Assembly (NCBI GenBank): GCA_964497975.1
Contig: CAZCFO010000002.1
Span: 115,768 to 179,767 of the forward strand
Origin: an uncultured Candidatus Peribacteria bacterium
GTDB taxonomy: Bacteria; Patescibacteriota; Gracilibacteria; Peribacterales; Peribacteraceae
DNA length: 64,000 nucleotides
Reading direction: 5' to 3'
Part shown: positions 19,675-27,449 of the stretch, one piece after another
How the letters are laid out: the number at the start of each line of letters is the position of its first letter
Position numbering within the stretch: the first letter of the stretch is position 1
Made by a program: the position numbers and the translations under genes
The notes under the pieces: generated by a model
Told to the model about the DNA's origin: nothing
Databases searched by the model: none
What the model saw: only the letters and a program-made list of their open reading frames with translations

Positions 19675-19979
19675 ATCAGGGCTCTCGAATTCCAAAGGCT
19701 TACCGCATCGTTCCCAGCAATCGCTACGAGAAAGATGTGAAGCGACTTGCAAAGTCCGGTGCGGATTTGTCAAAACTGGAAAGCGTCGTAGATGCACTCG
19801 CGCAAAACAAACTCTTGCCGGCGCGGAACAGAGATCATGAACTGAAGGGTGATTTGAAGGGAATTCGCGAGTGCCACATCGCCCCGGACTGGCTCCTGTT
19901 ATACAAGAAGGAGCGGCACCGTTGCATTCTTCTGCTGTTACGGACAGGGAGTCACCGCGACACATTGAATCGCGAGTAA
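19671..19979 (+). CDS. yafQ: YafQ-family mRNA interferase toxin
   Basis: DHELKGDLKGIRECHIAPDWLLLYKK...LLLLRTGSHRD matches the YafQ/RelE signature. GTG start overlaps the antitoxin stop. Confidence 0.75.
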   Translation: MNQGSRIPKAYRIVPSNRYEKDVKRLAKSGADLSKLESVVDALAQNKLLPARNRDHELKGDLKGIRECHIAPDWLLLYKKERHRCILLLLRTGSHRDTLNRE

Positions 19980-21635
19980 TTACACCCCGCCCTCCGCGCG
20001 CATCGTGCACCGCACGAGCCGTAATGTCGTGTACGAAACCTGTTCCCCGAGGGTGTCGAACACCGGCCGCAGCCGGTCGGTGCCGCATTCCTCGAAGGCG
20101 TCGCGGATGCTCTGGATGTCGGGAACACCCTGCGCGAGGTAATCGAGCTCCAGCGGAATCCCCTGCTCCAGGAAGTCCTCGATGTAGAGAAGGACGCGGT
20201 CCGGCTTCACGTTGCAGGCCGTGACGATGTCGTCGAACGGCTTCTGTTCGTCGAGCATCGCGCGAATCATGCCCGCGCGGCGCAGTTTCACGCCTTCCCC
20301 GGTTTTCTCCTTCTTCGGCTTCTTCACTTTCTCAGGAGCAACGAACAGCGGCCGCGGCGTGTACGTGCGCATTTCGTCGGCAAGCGAGTCGTAGAGCTGT
20401 GTCACCAGCTGCTCTGCACGGATGGACGCTGGTGACCAGCGTTCCACGAAGAGACCGGCCGTGGAGCGGACACGGCTGAGCGCGACGTAGGCCTGCCCCG
20501 GTTCCCAGAGTGACGAGAGATCGACGATCATCCGGTCGAGCGATGCGCCCTGGGCTTTGTGGATGGTCGAAGCCCACGCGAGGCTCACGGGAAAGTTCCA
20601 CGCGCCGAGGATCTCGTTGCCGTCGCCGTCGAGGCATGTGAACTTCTGCTTCTCGAGCTCGATGGTGTCGCCGGTGAAGAGCGTGATATAGAGGAGCTCT
20701 TCCGTGATCGAGCGGATATGCCCCAGGCTGCCGTTCACGTACAGCCGCTCGGGAGTCACGTCGTTCTTGCGGAGCATCACCAGGGCGCCTTCCTTCAGGT
20801 TCAGGATCTCGGGAATCGGCAGCGATTTCTTCGCCGATTCCCTGTACCGCTCGTCGCCCGCGTACTGCGTCGCGAACGAATGGACGGGTCCCGGAATCGA
20901 CTGCAGGCGGCGCTGGTTGTACTCCTCGGCCTGGGCCCGGTGCGGGTAGAGCCGCGTGGCGTCGACGTTGTCGGAGAGCTGCGTGGTACGGTCATTCAGA
21001 AAATCGCGCACATCGTCGTTGACGATGCCCGCACGGACGAAGTTGAGGATATCGAGGAAATCCGCGTCCTGCGTGCGCATCACCGTCGAGAGCAACGCCG
21101 GCCGGAACTCGCTGCGATGCCAGACGTGATGCAGGAACGCCCAGTCCTTGTCGTATCCGCCGTAGGTGACGGGCGGCAGCTGCGCGAAGTCCCCCACCGC
21201 GATGATGCGCAGTCCTCCCCAGGGCTCGTCGCTCCGGCGTGCAATCCGCGAAATCTGTTCCGCGGCGGCGAGCATTTCTCCGGAGAGCATCGAGACTTCG
21301 TCGATCACCACCACGCAGGCGATCTGCAGGCGGCGCATTACCCGGCCGCTGCGCATCGCGCGCGCGACCGTCGCTTCGTAGCCGCCTTCCATGATGCCGA
21401 GTCCGAAGAAGCTGTGGAACGTGCGTCCGCCGATGAGCACCGCCGCCGCGCCGGTGCTGGCCACGACCGGAAAGAGGTCCGACGGTTTGTCCCGGAGGTA
21501 GTGATCGAGAAGGAATGTCTTTCCCGTTCCTGCCGCACCCGTTAAAAAGACATTCCCCTGCCGCTTGAGGATATCCAGCGCCTTGTCCTGGCAGCTCGTG
21601 AGTGCGGGGGGCGCTGCGAGGACGTCTGTGCACAT
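19980..21635 (-). CDS. Pif1/RecD-like ATP-dependent DNA helicase with a C-terminal HTH-like domain
   Basis: Walker A GAAGTGKT, Walker B VVVIDEVSM, GDFAQLPPV, STIHKAQGASLD; C-terminal roughly 100 aa helical domain. Confidence 0.8.
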   Translation of the reverse strand: MCTDVLAAPPALTSCQDKALDILKRQGNVFLTGAAGTGKTFLLDHYLRDKPSDLFPVVASTGAAAVLIGGRTFHSFFGLGIMEGGYEATVARAMRSGRVMRRLQIACVVVIDEVSMLSGEMLAAAEQISRIARRSDEPWGGLRIIAVGDFAQLPPVTYGGYDKDWAFLHHVWHRSEFRPALLSTVMRTQDADFLDILNFVRAGIVNDDVRDFLNDRTTQLSDNVDATRLYPHRAQAEEYNQRRLQSIPGPVHSFATQYAGDERYRESAKKSLPIPEILNLKEGALVMLRKNDVTPERLYVNGSLGHIRSITEELLYITLFTGDTIELEKQKFTCLDGDGNEILGAWNFPVSLAWASTIHKAQGASLDRMIVDLSSLWEPGQAYVALSRVRSTAGLFVERWSPASIRAEQLVTQLYDSLADEMRTYTPRPLFVAPEKVKKPKKEKTGEGVKLRRAGMIRAMLDEQKPFDDIVTACNVKPDRVLLYIEDFLEQGIPLELDYLAQGVPDIQSIRDAFEECGTDRLRPVFDTLGEQVSYTTLRLVRCTMRAEGGV

Positions 21636-21687
21636 GCGGCAGGCAGGATAGCAGGCGCCCGCCCGTTGCCATGCCGAATCCGCACTT

Positions 21688-22620
21688 TTACTTTTTGCCC
21701 GCTATTTCGGGAATCCAGTGCTTCTTCAGCAATCCCGCGGTGAGATCCTCCATGTAACCGAACACAGTCGGCGCCTTCTGCGCCGGATCTCCGTTGCCCA
21801 TGCGCACGAGTCCCGCGAGGCACGCGTGGTATTCCTCCGTCCTGTCGTAGCGCATTTTCTCGATGGCCTTGCGTATCGACATTCTGCAGTCGAGGACGAA
21901 GCCGTCTTTTCTCTCCTGCAACTGCAGCCTGTCGGGATCGAACAGCAGGCGCATGTAGGTCTGTGTTCCGTTGCCAATCAACCGCAGATTGCTGCTCAGG
22001 GCCTTCTCCACCAGCACCGCAAACTGGCCGGGGACCCGGGCCAGCGACGAAAACATCTTCTGCGTGCTCCGGGGGAGAAGCGCCCCCAGGTCTTCCTCCG
22101 ACGCATCCGGATCGACTTGCGCCCGGTAGGTCTGCACGGCGCCTTCCTGTGCGGCGACCATCACGCTGGCGCCGTGGCCGATGAACATGCGCATCTCGCT
22201 CATCGCATCCTTGGCTCCCAGCGAATATGTCCTCTCGGGCAAATGCATCAGATCGTATTCCAGCTTCGCTTGTGCAAATTCGGGATCGCTTTCGCGGGCG
22301 TGATTCATCGATTCCCGCACGAGCGTCATCACGGCCAGATAAATGGCATCGACGGGCTCGATGCCGCCTGAACGGAATCCGCCGATCCGCTCGTCCAGGG
22401 TTCCCGTGTTTTTCCCGAACTGCCGGAATGTCGGCCGGAGCATTTTTGCCCGAAGCACGGCGTATTCGTTTCCGCAATCCGTTCCTGGGATCACCAGGCT
22501 CGTCGGCGGCTTGTCGATGCCGAGCTTGACGGGCGGCCTGCGGTTGAACGGCTCGCAGATCTTTTCGATCTCCAGGAGGCCAGCCGCTGCGGTGGATTCC
22601 GGTGTCATGGGGCCGGGCAT
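21688..22620 (-). CDS. hypothetical protein
   Basis: Protein-like ORF 52 nt upstream of the helicase on the same strand. Trimmed to the ATG at 22620 because the track start is TTG. No motif recognised. Confidence 0.55.
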   Translation of the reverse strand: MPGPMTPESTAAAGLLEIEKICEPFNRRPPVKLGIDKPPTSLVIPGTDCGNEYAVLRAKMLRPTFRQFGKNTGTLDERIGGFRSGGIEPVDAIYLAVMTLVRESMNHARESDPEFAQAKLEYDLMHLPERTYSLGAKDAMSEMRMFIGHGASVMVAAQEGAVQTYRAQVDPDASEEDLGALLPRSTQKMFSSLARVPGQFAVLVEKALSSNLRLIGNGTQTYMRLLFDPDRLQLQERKDGFVLDCRMSIRKAIEKMRYDRTEEYHACLAGLVRMGNGDPAQKAPTVFGYMEDLTAGLLKKHWIPEIAGKK

Positions 22621-22746
22621 TTTCGTCCAACACAATATTTTGTCAATAACCTGCAAGGTGCGAATAATGGCTTTTTCATGAGAAAAAGCGGAATAGCGGA
22701 GGAAATTCGTTGAAGTCCCGCCAGCTCGTCCATAGAGTCCGCGCCT

Positions 22747-22977
22747 ATGATTGAGAGCAATCTCTACATCGAGGAATTGATTGCCGTCCCCAAATCCGAC
22801 GAGGGACTGAGGCAGTTCCTGGAAGCCGCGAAGCAGTTTTACGACCGCATCAAACGTATCAGAAGCCTGCCATTGCCTCCTGATGCCCAGGATCGTGCGA
22901 TTCTGGCATTGGAGGGTGCGTTCCAGAATCGCCTGATCACCATTCTTCAGGACCCGTCATCGCGGTGGGGAAGGTAG
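22747..22977 (+). CDS. hypothetical small protein
   Basis: 76-aa ORF with normal composition in an otherwise unassigned gap. Confidence 0.35.
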   Translation: MIESNLYIEELIAVPKSDEGLRQFLEAAKQFYDRIKRIRSLPLPPDAQDRAILALEGAFQNRLITILQDPSSRWGR

Positions 22978-23016
22978 GTAAGGGACGCAGCGACGGAGAC
23001 GTGCAATACTTGTGTC

Positions 23017-24540
23017 GTGCATACGCGCGCCCGCCTCCACGGATGGCTGCTTCTCAGTACCGTCTTCTGCACGGGCGCATGCGTGCTGATTCTGGAGGTG
23101 CTTGCGGCCCGGCTGCTCGCGCCGTATTTCGGCAGCACGATGTACGCGTTTTCGAGCGTGATCGGCGTCACCCTCGGCGCTCTGAGCGTCGGGTACGCGC
23201 TCGGCGGGAGACTCGCGGACGCCCGGCCGAACGCCGCGTATTTCTTCGGCATCATTCTGGTGTCCGGTGCCGCGGTGCTGCTGACGAAGCTGCTTTCCGT
23301 CACGGCTCTCGTCCGATGGCACTCCGCGTTCTCCCTGGCGACGGGGCCCCTCGTCTTTTCCATTCTGCTCTTCACGATTCCTTGCGTGCTGCTCGGCATG
23401 CTCTCCCCCTTCGCGATCCGGCTCCTGCAGACGGAGGATCCGTCGCGGGTCGGCAGCCTTTCGGGAAACGTGTTCTTCTGCTCGACGCTCGGCAGCATCG
23501 GCGGGTCGTTTCTGGCAGGCTTTTTCCTGATCCCCACGCTCGGCGTGCAGTCGATCCTGCTGATGCTCGCCGCTGCCCTGCTCTGTATGGGCGGATTCGG
23601 GGTGCTGGTCTTCCGCAGCGGCCTGCGCCGGCCGATCCTTTTCGTGTTTGCAACGCTGCTGGCGTCCGTTCTTCTGGCTGCGGGCTCGCTGGAACGTCAC
23701 AATCCCGACATTCTGCATCAGGAGGAGGGGCTGTATCAGTCGATGATGATCTATGACGCCGAATTCCACGGCCGGATGGCGCGCTTCATGCGTCAGAACT
23801 TCAACGCCTCGTCCGCCGTCTACCTGGATACCGGCGAGCCGGTGTTCGCGTACACGCGCTACTACGCTCTCGCCGAAGCGCTGCATCCCGACCTGCGCAA
23901 GGCGCTCGTCATCGGCGCGGGGGCCTACACGATCCCGCAGCTGCTCCTCGGCAGTTCTCCCCAGGCGGTCACCGACGTCGTCGATATCGAGCCGTCGCTT
24001 CGGGACATCGCCCGGGAATACTTCGGCGTCGCCGATGATCCGCGGATCCGGACGTTCACCGCCGACGGGCGTCGGTTTTTGCAGGGCAGCGGCACGCAGT
24101 ACGATCTGATTTTCTCCGACGCCTACCAGAGCCTGTATTCGATCCCCTCGCATCTCGCGACGCTGGAATTCTTCCGCGCCGGTTCGGAGTCCCTCACGGA
24201 GCGCGGCGTCTTCCTGGTGAACTTCTCGGCGCGCATCCGGGACGAAAATCCCTCCCTGCTCTGGTCCGCGGTCCGCAGCTTCCGGGCGGCCTTTCCTCAT
24301 AGCGCCTTCTTCGCGGTGACGTCGAAGGACACGGAAGAGGTCCAGAACATCGTGTTCCTCGGGTGCAACCGGGAGTCCTGCGGGAATCCCTGCGCGGAGG
24401 CCATGGCATCGGCGTTCCTGGAGGAGGCATGTCGGAACCGGCTGACCGTGGACGACGGTATGCTCGCTGCCCACCCTCTCCTGACCGATGACTACGCACC
24501 GGTGGAATTTCTGGCGACCTTGCAGATGAAAGACTACTAA
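23017..24540 (+). CDS. fused membrane domain / spermidine-synthase-like methyltransferase-fold protein
   Basis: N-terminal roughly 220 aa with multiple hydrophobic helices. C-terminal VIGAGAYT...DVVDIEP...DLIFSDAY, typical of the spermidine synthase fold. GTG start. Confidence 0.7.
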   Translation: MHTRARLHGWLLLSTVFCTGACVLILEVLAARLLAPYFGSTMYAFSSVIGVTLGALSVGYALGGRLADARPNAAYFFGIILVSGAAVLLTKLLSVTALVRWHSAFSLATGPLVFSILLFTIPCVLLGMLSPFAIRLLQTEDPSRVGSLSGNVFFCSTLGSIGGSFLAGFFLIPTLGVQSILLMLAAALLCMGGFGVLVFRSGLRRPILFVFATLLASVLLAAGSLERHNPDILHQEEGLYQSMMIYDAEFHGRMARFMRQNFNASSAVYLDTGEPVFAYTRYYALAEALHPDLRKALVIGAGAYTIPQLLLGSSPQAVTDVVDIEPSLRDIAREYFGVADDPRIRTFTADGRRFLQGSGTQYDLIFSDAYQSLYSIPSHLATLEFFRAGSESLTERGVFLVNFSARIRDENPSLLWSAVRSFRAAFPHSAFFAVTSKDTEEVQNIVFLGCNRESCGNPCAEAMASAFLEEACRNRLTVDDGMLAAHPLLTDDYAPVEFLATLQMKDY

Positions 24541-24621
24541 CGGCCAAACGAAGCGATAAAAATGCCTCGAATGCCCACTGGGCTACGGCTATTGTTGATA
24601 CTGGACAAGTAAGAATTTAAA

Positions 24622-24630
24622 TGATATAAC
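24622..24630 (+). promoter_or_regulatory. putative extended -10 element (TGATATAAC)
   Basis: In an AT-rich gap, 28 nt before the ATG at 24659, with TGGACA 17 nt upstream. The identical 9-mer recurs at 35763-35771. Confidence 0.3.
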
Positions 24631-24658
24631 ACACTCCTTGTTTTACTAAACAATCTTT

Positions 24659-25822
24659 ATGACTTTTATCAAGTCACCCGGTTCCGCTGTCCGCTTCCTC
24701 CCGTCCCTGGGGGGCTGCGCCTGCGCCTTCCTGCTGCTGTCGGCCTCCGTGCCTGCATCGGCACAGACGTACCAGGAGATCCAGAACTTCCGCATCGCGA
24801 TGACGGACGGCGCGTATTCCGCCGCCCCCGGAGCGGTTCTGACGTACAACATCAGCGTCACGAACTCCACGAGCGTCGCCATGAGCAACGTGAGCATCAG
24901 CGACACGGTTCCGCGCGAGCTCATCATCAACTCGGCATCCGATAACGCCGATATCAACGGACAGGTCGTCCAGTGGTCGGGCCTGACGTTTTTGCCCGGC
25001 GAGATGAAGCTCCTGACGCTCAAGGCGACCATCCAGATGTCGGTCCGCAACGCCGCAGTCATCATCAACACCGCGAAAATTGACGGAGGCGCGATGGCGC
25101 AGGACACCACCATCGTTCAGAACGGCCTCGGGCAGGGCGTCGGCTTATCGGTGACGCATAATCCCGACACGGCGGTTGCGGGACAGATTGTGTCGTACAC
25201 GCTGCGCCTGACGAACAGCGAACAGGCCACCAAGGACATCGACGTCCGCGCAAGCTTCAGCAGGAAATACGCGTTCCTGACGGCGACCGATCAGGGCCAT
25301 CCCCGTGGCAATCAGGTGGAGTGGAACAACCTCTTCGTGGACGGAAACGCCGCGCGCGACGTCATCGTTTCCTTCAAGGTCGACGACGCGGTGAAAGCCG
25401 GCGAGGTGCTCAGCTTCAACGCGAGCATTCCGGGCTCCCAGGTCGAAGATCCGGTGACGGTATCCGCCGCCGGCCCCGCACAGGTTGCGTCAAGCGCCAC
25501 GGTTTCCCAGCAGCCCGCCGATGCGTCGAGCGGCTATGGCGCGTTTCCGATCGATCCTAATGCCTACGTAAACGAGTCTGTTCCGACCGATTTCCTTCCG
25601 ACGGCGGTCGCAGAACCAGCGCCGGCTGCAGTGCTCGCGGAAACGCAGCAGATTATGCCCCAGACTGGTATCGCCGACTTCACGGGCGCACTTGAAAACA
25701 CCCGCATCTTCCTCCGTCCCATCGCCGAAAACCCCGCCGCCTCCGGCGCCACGGGACTGTCGTGGCTCCTTTCCGTTCCCGGTCTTCTGATCGGCGGACG
25801 CCTCGCGCGCCGCCGCCGGTAA
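24659..25822 (+). CDS. secreted surface protein with DUF11-like repeats and an extended LPXTG-like C-terminal signal
   Basis: Signal peptide. Modules GAVLTYNISVTNSTSVAMSNVSISDTVP and GQIVSYTLRLTNSEQATKDIDV. C-terminus MPQTGIADF..LENT..FL.P, then a hydrophobic stretch and RRRR. Confidence 0.7.
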   Translation: MTFIKSPGSAVRFLPSLGGCACAFLLLSASVPASAQTYQEIQNFRIAMTDGAYSAAPGAVLTYNISVTNSTSVAMSNVSISDTVPRELIINSASDNADINGQVVQWSGLTFLPGEMKLLTLKATIQMSVRNAAVIINTAKIDGGAMAQDTTIVQNGLGQGVGLSVTHNPDTAVAGQIVSYTLRLTNSEQATKDIDVRASFSRKYAFLTATDQGHPRGNQVEWNNLFVDGNAARDVIVSFKVDDAVKAGEVLSFNASIPGSQVEDPVTVSAAGPAQVASSATVSQQPADASSGYGAFPIDPNAYVNESVPTDFLPTAVAEPAPAAVLAETQQIMPQTGIADFTGALENTRIFLRPIAENPAASGATGLSWLLSVPGLLIGGRLARRRR

Positions 25823-25858
25823 TCACTGCGTGCGTTCATCCGGCGATTCCCCCCTTCC

Positions 25859-27442
25859 ATGATCCGATCCCCTCTCGCTCTCGGCCGCCGCATCCTCTTT
25901 ACCGCCCTTGTCGCGGCGGTTCCCTGCATTGTTGCGCCGTCCCAGGCACATGCTGCTGCGGATCCCGGATGCATCGACGTCTTCGTGGAAGTTTTCGACC
26001 CCGCGCTCAATCCACTGCCGTTTGCTCCGCAGTTCACCTTCCGCCTCGACGGATCAGCCAGCACGCAGAACAACGCCAACGGCGTCGCGGCATTCACCAA
26101 CGTGCAGTCCGGTTCCCATACCGTCACCATTGACCCGCACTCCGCTTGGCAGACCCTGTCGGTGACTCCCGGCGGCGGAGCGCTCTCCGTTCCGTACGGC
26201 CCCCAGTGCGTCACGGTTCTCTTCAAGATGCAGCTGCTTGTGCCTCCGAGTTCCAGCTCCAGCTCGTCGTCCAGCGTCGCCACCGGATGCATCCGCGTCG
26301 TGAAGCAGACGATCGACGCCGGCGGAGCGCCCATCACGCCCGTGGAGCCGTTTGATTTCTGGCTCGACGGCAACCAGGGCATCACACAGACGAACGACGC
26401 CGCCGGCAACGCCGTCTTCCAGAATATCGCCGCTCCCGGCATGCATCAGATCAATGAATTCCCGAAGGCCGGCTGGACCCTCGTCTCCTGGGTGCCGCAG
26501 AACGGCGACGTGATGGTCAATCCCGGCCCGGATTGCGCCGTGGTCACGTTCATCAATCAGAAGGCCGCCGGCTCCAGTTCCTCCTCAAGTTCGTCGAGTT
26601 CCTCGAGCTCCTCGTCCTCTTCTTCCTCCTCAAGCTCCTCGTCCTCGTCTTCCTCCTCAAGCTCCTCGTCCTCGTCTTCCTCCTCAAGCTCCTCCTCGTC
26701 GTCCAGTTCCTCTTCCTCGGGTCTTTCCGGTTGCATCAACGTGATCAAGAAGACGTTTGCCGAGGACGGCACGACGCCCGTCACGCCGGTCGTTCCGTTC
26801 ACCTTCACGCTCGATGGCAACGCCGGCATCACGGCGATCAACGACGCCACGGGCAACGCCACGTTCCAGAACGTCGCGGCGCCGGGCATGCATCAGGTCA
26901 ATGAGACGCCGCTGGCCGGCTGGACCCTGGTATCCACCGATCCGCCGAACGGCGACGTGATGGTCAATGCGGGGCCTGACTGCGCCACGGTGACCTTTGT
27001 GAACAAGCAGGGTTCCTCCAGTTCGTCATCGTCGAGCACGTCATCTTCCTCGTCCAGCTCCAGCTCGTCATCCTCCCAGAACGGAGGCGGTGGCGGCGGA
27101 GGAGGAGGCGGGGGCGGGGGTGGTGGAGGCAGCGGCGGACACCGCGGTCATGGCACGACATACCTCAGTTATCTGCCGCCGTCCGCGAATGTCGTCGTCC
27201 CGCCCGAGCCCAAACCTCCCCGCAGGCGCATCCAGCCGCCGGTGTACGTCCCGCCGCCGGTCATCAGCGAGCAGCCTCTGCCCAAGACCGGTATCGATGA
27301 CTTCATGCGCCCTCTTGAGAACACGCGCCGCTTCCTGATGCCCCTCGCTTCACGTGAAGGATCCGCTGTCCTGTCGTGGGCGGCGCTCGTCCTTACGGGC
27401 ATCGGCCTCGGCATCGCCGCCGGCAAAAAGGCCTTCCTGTAA
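25859..27442 (+). CDS. secreted surface protein with 3 Cys-capped repeats, 49-Ser linker, poly-Gly, Pro-rich stalk and an LPKTG-type signal
   Basis: Signal peptide MIRSPLALGRRILFTALVAAVPCIVAPSQAHA. Three GCIxVxK...C..V.F.N repeats. C-terminus LPKTGIDDF..LENT..FL.P, then a TM segment and KK. Confidence 0.75.
   Translation: MIRSPLALGRRILFTALVAAVPCIVAPSQAHAAADPGCIDVFVEVFDPALNPLPFAPQFTFRLDGSASTQNNANGVAAFTNVQSGSHTVTIDPHSAWQTLSVTPGGGALSVPYGPQCVTVLFKMQLLVPPSSSSSSSSSVATGCIRVVKQTIDAGGAPITPVEPFDFWLDGNQGITQTNDAAGNAVFQNIAAPGMHQINEFPKAGWTLVSWVPQNGDVMVNPGPDCAVVTFINQKAAGSSSSSSSSSSSSSSSSSSSSSSSSSSSSSSSSSSSSSSSSSSSSSSSSSGLSGCINVIKKTFAEDGTTPVTPVVPFTFTLDGNAGITAINDATGNATFQNVAAPGMHQVNETPLAGWTLVSTDPPNGDVMVNAGPDCATVTFVNKQGSSSSSSSSTSSSSSSSSSSSSQNGGGGGGGGGGGGGGGGSGGHRGHGTTYLSYLPPSANVVVPPEPKPPRRRIQPPVYVPPPVISEQPLPKTGIDDFMRPLENTRRFLMPLASREGSAVLSWAALVLTGIGLGIAAGKKAFL
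26573..26719 (+). repeat. in-frame 49-codon serine homopolymer containing a 27-nt tandem repeat
   Basis: 49 consecutive Ser codons counted by hand. The unit TCCTCCTCAAGCTCCTCGTCCTCGTCT is perfect at 26624-26650 and 26651-26677 and imperfect at 26678-26704. Confidence 0.9.
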
Positions 27443-27449
27443 TCCCCTC

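Noticed and set aside
26573-26719. Regular 27-nt periodicity that could be mistaken for a CRISPR-like or satellite array.
   Set aside because: It is entirely in frame inside a gene and encodes only serine. There are no unique spacers between units, so it is a coding homopolymer linker.
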